From Ophelia neglecta (lineage: Eukaryota): a DNA stretch of 64,000 nt. Positions 1 to 15,980 of the stretch are shown piece after piece (the first letter of the stretch is position 1; every line of letters begins with the position of its first letter). The translations under genes were made by a program, and so were the position numbers. The stretch covers positions 64,728,001-64,792,000 of the forward strand of contig OZ260665.1 of NCBI GenBank assembly GCA_965285935.1. The letters run 5' to 3'. The notes under the pieces were generated by a model, which searched no databases, was not told the DNA's origin, and was given only the letters and a program-made list of their open reading frames with translations.

Positions 1-2130
1 TACATAAGTCTCTTGTACGGGATAGCTGGAAGCGATCTAGTTGTGTGAAATTGTGATGGTGTGAAATTTGTCGAAAGAATGTTCATACAAGCCCTGCCTT
101 GGCAGATGTCATAGTTTATTAAATAAATAGGAGTTCTGCATTTTTATTTTATACAAATAAACTTTATCTGTTGCCCTATAGTAAAATAATTGCTTCCATG
201 ATGTTCATTGTTAGAATAAGATGAATGGTGGCCCACACTTCCCAATGGCTCCAATGTAAATATTTTGCATCTGTTGAGCATTTTCTTATTGGGCGAGTTT
301 CCAGTTGACATCTTTCGTCCACTGAGCAGATTCGTCATACATAATAGTAGAGTCATGCTAAATAATAAATTGATCAAGATTTTCAGCAGGAAAATGTTAA
401 CAAAGACAGAAAACTTTTTTTTATAGTTAGCATACATTTGGGCTTTGTACTATTTTATATTTAAAGATCTTTGTATTTTGAATAGTTTCATGTGAACATG
501 AACACAACACGGTTTTCACATGTGATTCAATGGCATGATAGACAATATGATTCAACTCTACTGAACATTGACCTGAAAGGTGTGTTTGATGTGGGAAAAT
601 GTCATGAATGTGTATTCAATTTACTGATGAACTGATAGAATTGATTTCACAGTTGTTGTATTCAAACAAGCAAAAAAAGATTGACACTTAACCGAAATAG
701 TTAAGAGTAAGATTATTTTTGACATTGATAATTTTTTTATGTCCAAAAGGACAAGGCTGTTAAAAAATTAAATCAAGTTAAAGTAATTTTAGCAATTAAG
801 CTTCTCTTTTTTATAATTTTGGTCATTAGGTGACTTTAAAACAGCTCATTCATGCATATAACATAGTTAAATATTTGATTTTGAATGATTGAACATGATT
901 AGCAATCAATATGGGTTTGGAATTGTGCAAAACAGATTAGGTTTGTTGCTCATACCTAAAATTTGTGTCATTTTACTGCATTCTAAAGAGTTCTTGTATT
1001 CTAACCCTCCTCTCCTTAGCAGGCCCAATATGCTGATTTTAAAAGACTCCCTAATATTTATATGGTAAGAATGGGTGCCAGTGACATTGCAGATGCTCCG
1101 AAAAATGAAATTGATGGCGGCAAAGTAATCATTGCTACAAAATTTCAACATTAAATGTAGCATAATATAGTTCAAGGGTTATACAGTAATTTAAAAATCT
1201 TTTGTTTAGTTGGTTGTTGAATGAAACAAGCACTGGGTGAAAATGTTATGTGATGAAATATAAAAGGGTCAAATGTCTCCTACAATCAAGTTTATAAAAT
1301 TAATTAACATAATCTGTATTACATTTAATTGCAGAATACAAAAGGAAGAAAATTGGCTGCACTGCTGAAATTTTGTTGATTGTTTTATTAACAGCATGTT
1401 TAGCAGTGCAACTTTAGGGTAGGTGGATAACACTTCATCTATAGACTAAATCAAAATAATTAAGAGAAAAGGCAAAGTTGAATAAATACCTTTCCAATTG
1501 TGATAAATAAGGCTGATTTTATGTGTTACTCGAGCAATATATTCAATATGGATGTCTTTGGGTATTGCTAAGACACTGCAGATAGGTACATCCTCATAGG
1601 AATAAGCAGGAAATTCAAGTGGTGTATAATACCTCGTTGCATTGTACAGGACTATGAAAAAGATCTGCATAGCCTCTTGTTCCATATATATTTTTTAAAA
1701 AGAAAATACTAAACAGCTGAATGTTACTGGTATAAAAACATGACTGCAGTGTCATTAGTTGTCTTCAGACAAATCAGTTGTGTCATATTTGTAAATACAT
1801 ACAGGTAGTATAGATTCTAGCTAGCAATTTGAACTTTTGAAAATTCCCTTAAGGTGACTTCTGTGTACCAAAGAGTGTGTTTGTATTTGTACAGGATGGC
1901 CCTTTTTATAGGAGTACTGAATGCCTGAGTGTACTTGTGAGTACACACTTTAAATGCCTATATGTTAATCTAGTTGTATGCACAATGGCAATCATTATAG
2001 ATGTCCTCTAAAATGTCCAGTTGACTGTTTTTGAGGATGTAACACAAGTTTTAAATAAATGTGATTATTGCATTGATTATTAAAGTAAGAATCTGCAGTT
2101 TCCTTCTAAGATAATAAAATAATATTGTCA
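1..2130 (+). other. Probable 3' UTR or tail of an upstream gene lying outside the window
   Basis: T-rich and CpG-poor with no spliceable coding exon; AATAAA at about 2054 and 2113. Orientation is inferred from these only. Confidence 0.3.
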
Positions 2131-2196
2131 TAAATTCAGTGTTGCTTACTCTTACCATATTCCACAAACATTAAAAAAACCCTATCTGGTACTTAT

Positions 2197-3070
2197 TAGA
2201 GAGTTGAAGTAACAAGTAAACCTGTAACTTGTAGCCAGCAGTATTTCTACAAGTTACTTATTTGTAGAAATACTACTTAAGTTACAAGTAGCTCAACCAT
2301 TAGGTGGCACCTAGCGGGAAAGATTGTCATTATGCGCACTATTATTATCACGTTAAGCAGCGAATAAACAGAAAAAGTGATTGCAAAACATGCATACATC
2401 AGAACCTATATCTATAGTCAACAGATGATCAGCACCGATTAAAAGATATTTGACAGGGGCACGGCCTACATCGCAATGCATTGCTGATGTAAACAAAGTG
2501 GCTTGTCAGGGCACAGGTGACAACTGCCCACTACGTTTTCTCCGCTGAGTGTACCATCGGGAGTTGATAGTTTTTTTTCTACCACGGGTCTCTTATTGAT
2601 GTATATTTGTTAATATTGTTGATAATTACAGACAACATGACTTACTTTGTTCAATTGCCTCCGCACTAGGTTATTAAAAGACAGTCATCCACTGCTGAAT
2701 ATTTTCAGTGTCCCATTGAGAAAACGCTGGCACCGTATAAATATAGTTCTATGACTTTTTTACACTTTCCTCTGCATTCACACCGAATGGTCATTTATAT
2801 GCACAGTTTAGGTGATAGAATAGTTTATTCTCACTGACAGCTGTCTTTTCGATACATTCTTTTCACCTATACCAATATTGATTATGAGTTGGACAGTTCA
2901 CAGAATGGCATATCACTACGCCTGCACGTACAGGTAGTACTTGTAGCGTTAGCTCTACTAGTTGTTAACTTCTAGCTAGAAGTATGCGAAAACTTGTAGA
3001 TGACGTAATAAGGCTGCACGTGCCGCTACAAGTTGAAAAAAGTGCATTCACTTGTAACTTAAGCTCTCTA
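2197..3070. mobile_element. Non-autonomous TIR DNA transposon (MITE), 874 bp
   Basis: Left end TAGAGAGTTGAAGTAACAAGT versus reverse-complemented right end TAGAGAGCTTAAGTTACAAGT (18/21 identical). Flanked by TTAT/TTAT, or ATT/ATT if the ends are trimmed by 1 nt. Many subterminal ACAAGT/ACTTGT motifs and an internal palindrome GTATTTCTACAA...TTGTAGAAATAC. Confidence 0.75.
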
Positions 3071-4154
3071 TTATAAAACTGTCTGGGGCCACTCTAAATC
3101 AAAGGGCATGGTGCAGTGGGATACACCACTTTTGTAACTCTGTTATGATATTCCATTCAAAATAGAGGGGGAGGTGAAAAAAATTGCAAAATTAGGGTTA
3201 GAAATAATCAGAATTCCAGGAAGCAGTGGGTCTTTGGGACCTGTCTCCTGAAAGAGGGCCCACTTCTCTTACTAGAATAAACCCAAGGAAACAATGAGGG
3301 GGGATTGGTTGGAGTTGGAAATAATGTGCTCACTTTGACCTTTTTCCCCATGTGAAAATTAATGCAATATAAAAAACTTCTAATAAGCATATGTTTAAGA
3401 AACAAGCCTCAGTTGTCAAAATTGATTAAAACTGATTTTCAAGTCCAAACATATATCTTTAATTGAGCCAGTCTGTCAATTAAAGATTTTCCCACTGTTC
3501 ACTCCCTGGTTCTGACGGACTTGCATTGTAAACTGGTCGCTTGTAATGAACTTGTATTGTGTGCAACCAGTTTCTGATTTACCTGGACTAGCGGAAAGAA
3601 ATAACCCTAGCCCAAATATAATAAACATGAAAGATGGTGACTTTGGATCTGATTGTTTCTGAATTACAAACAAAGCAAAACATAATCAGCGGCAGTTAAA
3701 TATAAAATGGAATAAATATCACATCAACATTCTTTCTTTAAAAAAGTTGCAAGCAATTACTTTATTTTTTTTTGAAAATGAAGCTTTATTGAGTATAGTT
3801 GTACTGTGAGTTCAGAGTAAAAAATGATAATGCACACATTTCATACCCAGACATGTAGGTCCATTATATATGTGAATGCAATATAGTTTTAATATCACGA
3901 TCCAATTGGTTTTTGGAAAGAGATGCGAAATTTAAACCACCTGACATTTGCTTGAAACTGTTGTATCCAAATTTTTAAACTGAATTGGAACAGTTCAGGA
4001 ATACAACCCTTTTTAATATGTAATCCAAATAAATGGTCATACTATATGTAGAGATATCTTGCTACATGCACAAGTAATTTGCCTGTTTCGATGAACAACC
4101 CTCAGTAGTAATATAGCAGATATGCACAGCTAGAATTTTGCATGAATGCTTGCT

Positions 4155-6072
4155 TCATGCAGATGGATCATAGAGGTTCCAAAGCTTGTCAAACTCATCT
4201 TGAAAGGGCTTAAGTAATTGAGGTTCATTAGTGATGATCAAATTTTCATTGTTTCCAGTGATGGCTTGTCTTGTCCAGTTAAAAGATCCATTGATAAGCA
4301 CAGACTTGTCTACTATTGCAAACTTATGATGCATCAGATATGAGGTTTTGTCAATGCGTACTTGAATTCCTGAAAATAATAGAAATGAATCAATTGATAT
4401 AAAATTTGTACAGTGCATCTATACCCATATCAAATTAACAATCCCCCATGTGTTACAAGGGATGGAAGACATGTCAATTTGACCTGAGATGGTAAAAACA
4501 AGAGCATGAATTATTGCTGCCAAACTGGTGCAAAATATTCACTAATCATTGTTGTAGGATCATTTGCTAATCAGTAGTCAAAATGGTATTATTGGCATCA
4601 TTTAAACCATGTACACACAGATAAGAGTAGGCTCAAATCCAGTCAAAAACAAGGAGTTTAATAAAAAAAAAAGTATAAAATTACCAGCTGCCCTGAACAA
4701 TCCAATCTGCGATCCTCTGGCATCAACTTGTTCATTATCTGTTATAACACGGACCACAACTCCCATGTCATGAAGATCTATCAATACCTCAGACAGGGCT
4801 GAACACGTTATGCAAAACACACACACGTCAACAGTCATCCGAGCATCGGTCAGAGTCCTGAAACAATGAAAGCGCATTGCAGTAGTAGTAACTTTTAGGC
4901 AAAACATATTCTAAACAACTCTATGATGAATATCTTCAAATGTTGACTTTTTTATTTAGTTGTTTAGCCCAAAATGAGTGCAAGAAAATTCATTGTCAAA
5001 ACCTGGGTTTCAAGATTCTTATTTTTATAATAAATCTGAACACACCATGGACAACCTTTATTATCATGATTATGACTCAAATTGTATCAAACAAACTGCA
5101 TTAGTCTATGTAGCAGAACAAAGTTTAAAACAATTTATCTATGGGAATTGTGCCTATACATCTGTACATGTACAAGCATAACTTATAAATGAACATTGAC
5201 AGAGTATTACTATATTTACACCAAATATTGTAAAACTTTTATATTACCTGAGGAGGGTCTAAATCACAAAATTAAAAGGGGCTCAATAATTAGGGACACT
5301 TTGGGGACCTATTGTCGCATTCGTACATGCAAATTGAAAGTGCAGTTAATTTTTTAAGGCCCCTAAACCGCAACAATTAAGGGCTGCAAATATGAAAATA
5401 TTACCCACTAAAGCAAATTATAAAGTGATTTATTGAATTAAATATAGGAAAACAAACACATTTTTTATTAAGAGGGGGATTTTTATTCCACAGGCTATGA
5501 CATTATTTCTAGGTTTGGAAAGTCCCCTTCTAGGGAGGGGGTGGCTTGGTGATTCTGCCTTCCAAAAAAATTTTCCCAGGCATTCGAGTGTGATGGTATT
5601 TCCAACCATGCAGTGTCAAATGAAGTAAGCCACGTAGTATTGTTCTGGTTTCTCTACCGAGGTGAAGGAATAGCGCTGTTCCCCGAGAGCCACGCCCCCC
5701 CCCCCCCCGCACACACACAGCCCCTCCAATCCTCCCCCCCCCCCCCACATCCCCACCGGGTTGTTGATACTAAACGAAACACTCTCTCAACACTCACCGT
5801 AGGAATCTTGAGTAAGACAGTTCAGGATCATGTGAAAAGCGACATTTCTGAGAAGTACAACCATGTCTTTGAGTAAAATGGGTTCTGCATGCCACTTTTT
5901 TATCTGGAAACAAAATTGTTTTGAAGTACACTAAGTTTTGTCGTCTGCTATTGCCCGTTGAAATCCTCTTTCGCAACCATGTCACAAATTGATAACCCAA
6001 TTCAAGGGTGACTATCCCAGCAATCGCTAAACCGACACATTTTCTGCCTGGATAGCCTGATATGGATTCCAT
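4155..6072 (-). CDS. PLD6: Mitochondrial cardiolipin hydrolase / MitoPLD / zucchini (PLD6), 220 aa; exons 6072-5798, 4857-4685, 4369-4155
   Basis: GT-AG introns in phases 2 and 1 join into an open frame. N-terminal hydrophobic anchor (VGLAIAGIVTLELGYQFVTWL), CCCH zinc finger (CRTHFTQRHGCTSQKCRFSH), VRVITD motif and a single HKD motif (HHKFAIVD...GSFNWT...NNEN). AATAAA on the minus strand near 3785-3790. Confidence 0.95.
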
Positions 6073-6324
6073 TGATTAAGTCTTAAAGCAATGGGTCAAG
6101 TAAATTTATCCTAAAGTTTGATCGGCAACAACCCTCCCGGGCGCTGACATCTTGATATATACAGATATACGTCATCCGCGCGTGCGCCCTCCTCGGGAAT
6201 GACGTTTCGGCGGAAGTTACAGAACAGATCAAGAAAATATCGCAAAACAGATAAATAGAAAGCAATTGAAACGAATAGTGGTATTTTTGCGATTAGTATT
6301 GAGTAAAATTACAAATTCAACAAA

Positions 6325-6331
<7 letters not shown>
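6073..6331. promoter_or_regulatory. CpG-rich bidirectional promoter shared by PLD6 and TVP23
   Basis: 252 bp between divergent ATGs. CRE half-sites ACGTCA 6169-6174 and TGACGT 6200-6205, NRF1-like GCGCGTGCGC 6178-6187, ETS CGGAAGT 6211-6217, and YY1-type AAAATGGCGG 6322-6331 over the TVP23 start. Confidence 0.75.
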
Positions 6332-10032
<3,701 letters not shown>

Positions 10033-12535
10033 ATAGCTCAACAACACTCCATGAAATGAAAATTGGTCTGCGCTACAGATACTGGCATGAAAGAAAATTT
10101 GTATGCCTGGATAAGACTGCCTTAGCCCATTGAAGTAGATGGGCATGTGTGTGACTCTGATAGAATGGACAGTTTTACGGTGTATTATATTGTTGATATC
10201 TTATTTATGTGTACCTCTTGCTCATTTGTGTTGAACACCATTAATGGTTAACTTCCACTAGGAACTGACTCTCTTCTTATAATATTTTGTGCTGTTATGT
10301 TCTTGTTCATGTACCAGGTAGACTTTATTTTGCTGTAAAACCCTTATATTTCATGAACCTTATTGTACGCAGTTTTGGCACTCAACTTCTTTTGCTGCCC
10401 TTTAGTTTGCAATTTAAAGCTTCCTACATTCGGTTCTGGCAGGCCCTTGGTTTTTTGAGAACCCTTTAATTTTGTGATTTTGACCCTGCTCACAAAAATT
10501 GTGAACTTGAAGGTTTTTCACTGAATAGATCTATATCTAAAAAATTATGTTTAACTAGACACATTTTGTTATACTCACTGTGTTTAGTAGGTTTTATTAC
10601 AAGGATCATTATACCCAAATCTCGAGAAAAGGATAAACCATCTGAAATCCGAGTGTTTCACTCAAACATTTAAAACTAAACATGTGACCCACTGAGTGGT
10701 GATAGGATCTCTACTTGACATCCTGTGACACTGGTGTTTTATTTGTCACACAGCTCGTCAGCGCTGATCTGGTCCCAAGCCTGCCAATCCAGTCATAAGA
10801 CGATTCACAATCTCCTGAAATCTTATGTTTCTTGCCATTCTGTACCCCACTAAATGTGGTCCAGTACATGGTACATGGCAATCTTCCATTTCATAAAGCT
10901 TGCTGTATCAGCGTGTTCAGTTGTAGGTCAAGGCATGCCTTAACTTGTATAGCACTACATATGTTGCAATGTGCAAATTAGCTCTGTATTACCCCTATTG
11001 TCAATCGTGCAATATCTTTTGCTGAATTTTAATTTGTGCCAAACCTACTAGTTACCTTGGCCTATTTTTATAACGAAGATTGATTTGGGAAATGTGTGTC
11101 TGGTCACTTATTTCTACACATTTCTTACCGCAGGACATGGACATCAGCACCCAACCCCCATGCCTCTTACTCAACTCCCCCCCCCTTCCCCCTGAAAATT
11201 TATGTGTGACTTAAAATCAATAATATTTTATTGAGTCTGCATGATGAATTGATTATACATTTAGCATACATTGTCAGCTTTGTGAATATTAGATAAAAAA
11301 CATTCATTAATTTTGGAAGAAGAACATTTATTTGAAATATTTGTATTTTAGGCATATTTTATTATAAATAAAACTGCTGAAAATTGATAGTATCTGTTGA
11401 GCATTATGTTTTCAGTGAGACTTTGTTGGCACAATCACACTTAGGGATTTCCTTATGACCTAACATAAGACTGGCACTGTTATATGATAGTGGGTTGAAC
11501 TAGTTGGCTAAAAAACAAAAATTGGAAGACATAGACTGCTTTCTGAAAACAAGTGTTTAATTTGGCTTTTCTGCCCCCCAAACCCAACATCTATGGGTGT
11601 TATGCAATTTTCCAACCACCCCCTTCCCCCTTCAACCTTATTGGATGGTGATTAAATACACCATTGTTGTGTGTGTGGGGAGGGAGGGACTGAAATATTA
11701 AAGAGCCTTTCATATTTTGGAATTGGCACCATGACTTAGAAAGAGGGAGCGGATCTTTCAATGATAATTTTCAGGGTGGAGGGCTCATAACCATTTGATG
11801 TACAATTAAATTTGACCAACTGTTAATTTAGGCTGTAAATTTCGCCCCCCCCCCCTCCCCATTTTAACATATTGAAAAAAATTGCCCCTCCCCCATAAAA
11901 ATCGGGAAAAAATTGCCCCCTCCCCAAAATTATAATTTCTTGGCATTTCAATACACAGACAATGGATCTACTGTATGAATACCCACCCCCCCTCCCCCCA
12001 CCCCCATAAGAAAAGGTAAAAAAATCCCTCCCCCCCCCCCTCAAACAATAAAATTACTTGGAAGCAGTATCGTTATCAACTACCATGCGCCAGCTGGTGG
12101 GAGATGCATGTACCAAGTGTTTAACAGTGTTTTGTGATTTTGTGTCGCCATCTGGCGATTCGATAAGAAGCTTTTTGAAATCCACGAATTAATTCGTCGC
12201 CATTCTCCACTACGCGGCGCAGAGGGGCAGGAAGAAATGTTCATTTTTTTCACCTGTTTACGTCCAGCGGGTGCCGGCCTCCTAAAATGGACCGCCCGGA
12301 ATTGTTGCGTGTCTTTGCTGTAATGAAGATCGATAGCCCATTTTATATGACATTTGCCATAGCCACTATTGCGGCAACAATACCAGTATGTGTCTCATTA
12401 TCCCTAGATAAAATAAGATAAAGACCTTATGTCTTTTTTACGAATAACACATATTCCAGCATGGTTATAGGACACCCCAACAGGTGGCGCCACTGTATGG
12501 GGACGTCCTATTACCTAAACCTGGTTCCAGCGTAA

Positions 12536-13860
12536 TAGTGTGGTATGATATGTCCAAATGATGGGTCCCGTAGGAATTTTGTGCCAAAATTGATTCTTTT
12601 GTGGATTTGGTACTATTGTGAACCATATTAACTGAAAAGTTTAGGGTCCAAATTCATCGGGCCGTGGAACCCTCTTTTTCGGCCATTTTTAAAATGGCCG
12701 CCACCAATCAGGCTTTGTATCATATCTCAGTAACTAATTGGAGGATTTTAATGATTTTTGTGTCTAGATATGGGTTTTTGGGATGCTGAGTCTGATTGTG
12801 AAGTTTCCAGATTGCTATGAGGTAGAAGACAAAACATACGATGCCCCCATTCACTTTTTTAAGTGGGGGGGGGGGGGCATGGCCCCCCGGCCCCCGCTTC
12901 CTACGCCACTGATGGAGACCTCCCACAAGAAGTGAAAGCTTTAGAAACGTTTGTCTGTAATGTATACTCACCAAAAGGGTCCTATACAACTTTGCCCGCA
13001 CTCCGTTGGGAGCTCTTCCGATCCACTAATTTTATATGCATGCGAGACAAATCATATATCTCACCAAATACACGCCGTCCGGCCTTGGAAGAGAATGTAT
13101 GGTTGCTTGAAGAAGGAGTTTACATTCCATTGAAATGACTAGCGGCCCCTGCTCCTTCTGCAGTTCTTGAGCTGGTAAAATGTGGATGCCGAACATTGTG
13201 CAAAAGAAATTGCTCCTGCACCAAAAACAAACTGCCCTGCTCCCCCCTGTGCAAATGTTTCTCTTCAGGATGTGACAATTTCTCTGATTACCACATGCAG
13301 GACAGTGATGATACGGATGACCATTAGCTATAAGGCTGTATAGGTAGTGTTAGTTTGCGCTCTATTAGTAAGTCATAGAGTGATCTTCTATTTGTGTGTG
13401 TATTCCCATTTCTGTTTACACTATATATATCTAGAGCTTGCATTAGAATGAAATATTGAAAATTGTAGTCCTTGTATAGTACTTTGGGTGGAGTAAATTC
13501 TTGACTTAACTGAAAAGTGGTTATATATTGAGTTTCTTTTGCAGCTGTGACCTTGATTTTGGTAAAATAACCCTGTTCTCTACCTCATAGCAATCTGGAA
13601 ACTTCATAATCAGACTCAGCATCCTTTAAAACCCATATACAGACACAAAAATCATTAAAATCCTCCAATTAGTTACTGAGATATGATACAAAGCCTGATT
13701 GGTGGCGGCCATTTTGAAAAATTGCCGAAAAAGAGGGTTCCATGGCTCGATATATTTGGACCCTAAGCTTTTCAGTTTATATGGTTCACAATAGTCCCAA
13801 ATCCACAAAAAAATCAATTTGGCACAAAATTCCTACGGATTTACACATAAGCCTGCACTA
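12536..13860 (+). mobile_element. Academ-like DNA transposon, internal deletion derivative (1325 bp)
   Basis: About 290-bp imperfect TIRs (12536-12826 and 13579-13860) starting TAGTG and ending CACTA. The interior keeps a decayed C-terminal ORF (LETFVCNVY...LPALRWELF...PAPSAVLELVKCGCRTLCKRNCSCTKNKLPCSPLCKC...C). No clean TSD. Confidence 0.75.
12912..13327 (+). pseudogene. Truncated transposon ORF with terminal Cys-rich (CXC/Cys8-type) domain
   Basis: Single frame interrupted by an in-frame TGA at 13136-13138; 9 Cys in the last 50 or so residues; acidic tail; TAG at 13325-13327. Confidence 0.7.
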
Positions 13861-14119
13861 TTATAAACAAAGCAATCATGTGGTATATTTCGCAAGATAA
13901 TAATATATTTTCAATTTGCTTAACGAGTTACAACTCGAAGATTACTATGAAAACCAAGCTGTCATTGATATATCTGCACTTTTGCGAAGGCATTCTCGCT
14001 GATTTTTAAGACAACTGGGGTGTTGGACTTTTGGCCAAACCTAAATTAAAAAACAAACGTTAAGTTTAAAGAAAATGTGGAATAGTTGAATGTGGAAAGT
14101 ATTTTTCTAAATGTCTAGG

Positions 14120-14680
14120 CATTTAAGATCCATCATGGCACAGTTCAGGGCTGGTGTGCTACCGCTGAAAGTTGAAACTGGAAGATTTCTTGGCTTTAGA
14201 ATAGACGTGCGACTGAGTGAAGTTTGCAACTTGAATGAATTGGAAGATGAGACCCACCTTTTATGTCTTGGTCCTGCCTACTCATAACTACGCGAAATGT
14301 TATAGCTCTATACCCGCGCCTACTCTCTTATGTATGGGCTTGGAAACCTCCGTGTCTTACAGAAGTTGGTCTTTTTGCTTAAATCTGTCAAGGAGAGACC
14401 GAAAAATATATATCTAGGGCCTACTCCCTGCGAAAAGAAATATTTTATCTTACATTATAATTCTAAAATTTATTCAGCTCTATTTTCTGTATTATCTGAG
14501 TTCTATTATTCTGTTTTCTCATTTGTATTCTTGTGTGTTCTGCCTTTCGCCTCAGTTTATGTACCTTTACAGTGTGAATAGTAACTTTTCAGAGGGCTGG
14601 GTCTACTGTTGTTTGTGCTGATTGTTGTATACCATATGTCTAGACAAGTCACTTTAATAATGGAGATACAATACAATAAA
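14120..14680 (+). mobile_element. 3' fragment of a non-LTR retrotransposon (RTE-X/CR1-group-like ORF2 C-terminus)
   Basis: Translates as RSIMAQFRAGVLPLKVETGRF...VCNLNELEDETHLLCLGPAYS*LRE, a decayed C-terminal Zn-finger motif of LINE ORF2; ends in an ATACA-repeat tail at about 14667-14680. Confidence 0.65.
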
Positions 14681-15810
14681 GCTTTTAAAATATAGCAACA
14701 TAGCAATCGTGTTTATATAAAGGAGTATTGTCGGTAAAATCAACAACTACTGTAACCATACGCATTTATAAATGTATTGTATTGCTGTTCAACTTGGCAT
14801 GAATATACGTGATTGGAATATTGATTTCCAGTGAAATAATAATGGAAACTCTATACTCAAGATGCCTTGTCGTAAATATCGTTACGTTATTCTCTCAATA
14901 GATGAACGCTGCATATAGGCCTTCTGATATATCATTGTTATAAGCCACGGTGTCTCATTTCAACTATCCAGTGGTGCTTATCTGCTATGACATGACTGTA
15001 GATGACTCTGGTAGCTGAGATCGGACGTCGTTTAACATATTGTGTCAAAGCTGTTGAGGGGTCTGATCAAGTAGATGAAACTTCTTTGAAATAAGCTGCG
15101 GTCAGTAATTCTCTCTCTTTGGAATTAACTTAATATTACAACAATAACGTTAGCTATTATGTAATTTGTCATTGTCCTTTTTATTTGATTTAGCAATCTA
15201 TTTAAACGCCCTTTAAACAACTTATCGGATCCTTTGCGCTCTATTAATAATAACCTCTATCAAGTTAACAATAAATAATATTTAATTAATAATTGTCGTC
15301 ATTAGGTATCCAAATCCGATATGCATAGGAATGCAGATCCAAGCTATATTTATTATCCACTGATAATTTAAAAAGATTAATAAATAAAGGCTTATGTTCC
15401 TTTTATTTCTAAAAAACATGATTAGTCTCAAAAGATGATGTTCCTTTTCTTAATTTCTAATAGCAGGTTGACGTCAGAAACGATTGTACCGTGTCACTGA
15501 TAGGGCCTTCACATAAAGGGCGAGGAGGAACGTGACCAAAGACATTGGACGTTCATGCCAACAAAGAAGTTTAATTACTGCCCGGTTGGCAAATCCGGGG
15601 GCTACACTCTTTAAAGTTTCTAGACCGATGGTAAATTAGGACTTGTTAGACTTCATGCATCGATGAAATTGAATTCAGTCCCTTTTCAACTATTCATAAG
15701 TTATCCATATCTTACGCATTCACACTTAATTTGTATTAAAATACGCCATTACGTAATAAGTCTCTTACACAATATTTTCTAGACCTAGCTCGGTCTATGA
15801 AGACTCGGTC

Positions 15811-15980
15811 CTATATATGAGAGAAAGGGGCTCTGTGGGAAGTCAGTTATTAGAGCGGCTGCGGTTTTGGGAGAAGACTTCATGTTTAACATTGCCTACA
15901 CCAGTTCCAGTTCCATACATGTCATTAGAAACACCATCTACAACCTCTCACCACGTCGTCCATTGACTGTAGTTTAAAAG
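15811..15980 (+). promoter_or_regulatory. TATA box + Inr and non-coding first exon of CUB-protease 1
   Basis: TATATATG at 15812; TCAGTT initiator at 15843-15848; donor AG|GTAGGT after 15980; matching acceptor at 17548 just upstream of the ATG. Confidence 0.55.

Noticed and set aside
5530-5876. Gly-rich and Pro-rich ORFs and poly-G/C tracts (also about 11820-12045 and 33190-33330)
   Set aside because: Homopolymer-rich TE remnants in introns or intergenic DNA with no coding signal. G4 potential is real but unremarkable.
12536-13860. CACTA/EnSpm assignment
   Set aside because: The pentamers are in the opposite arrangement (TAGTG at left, CACTA at right), and the ORF remnant fits Academ-type proteins better.
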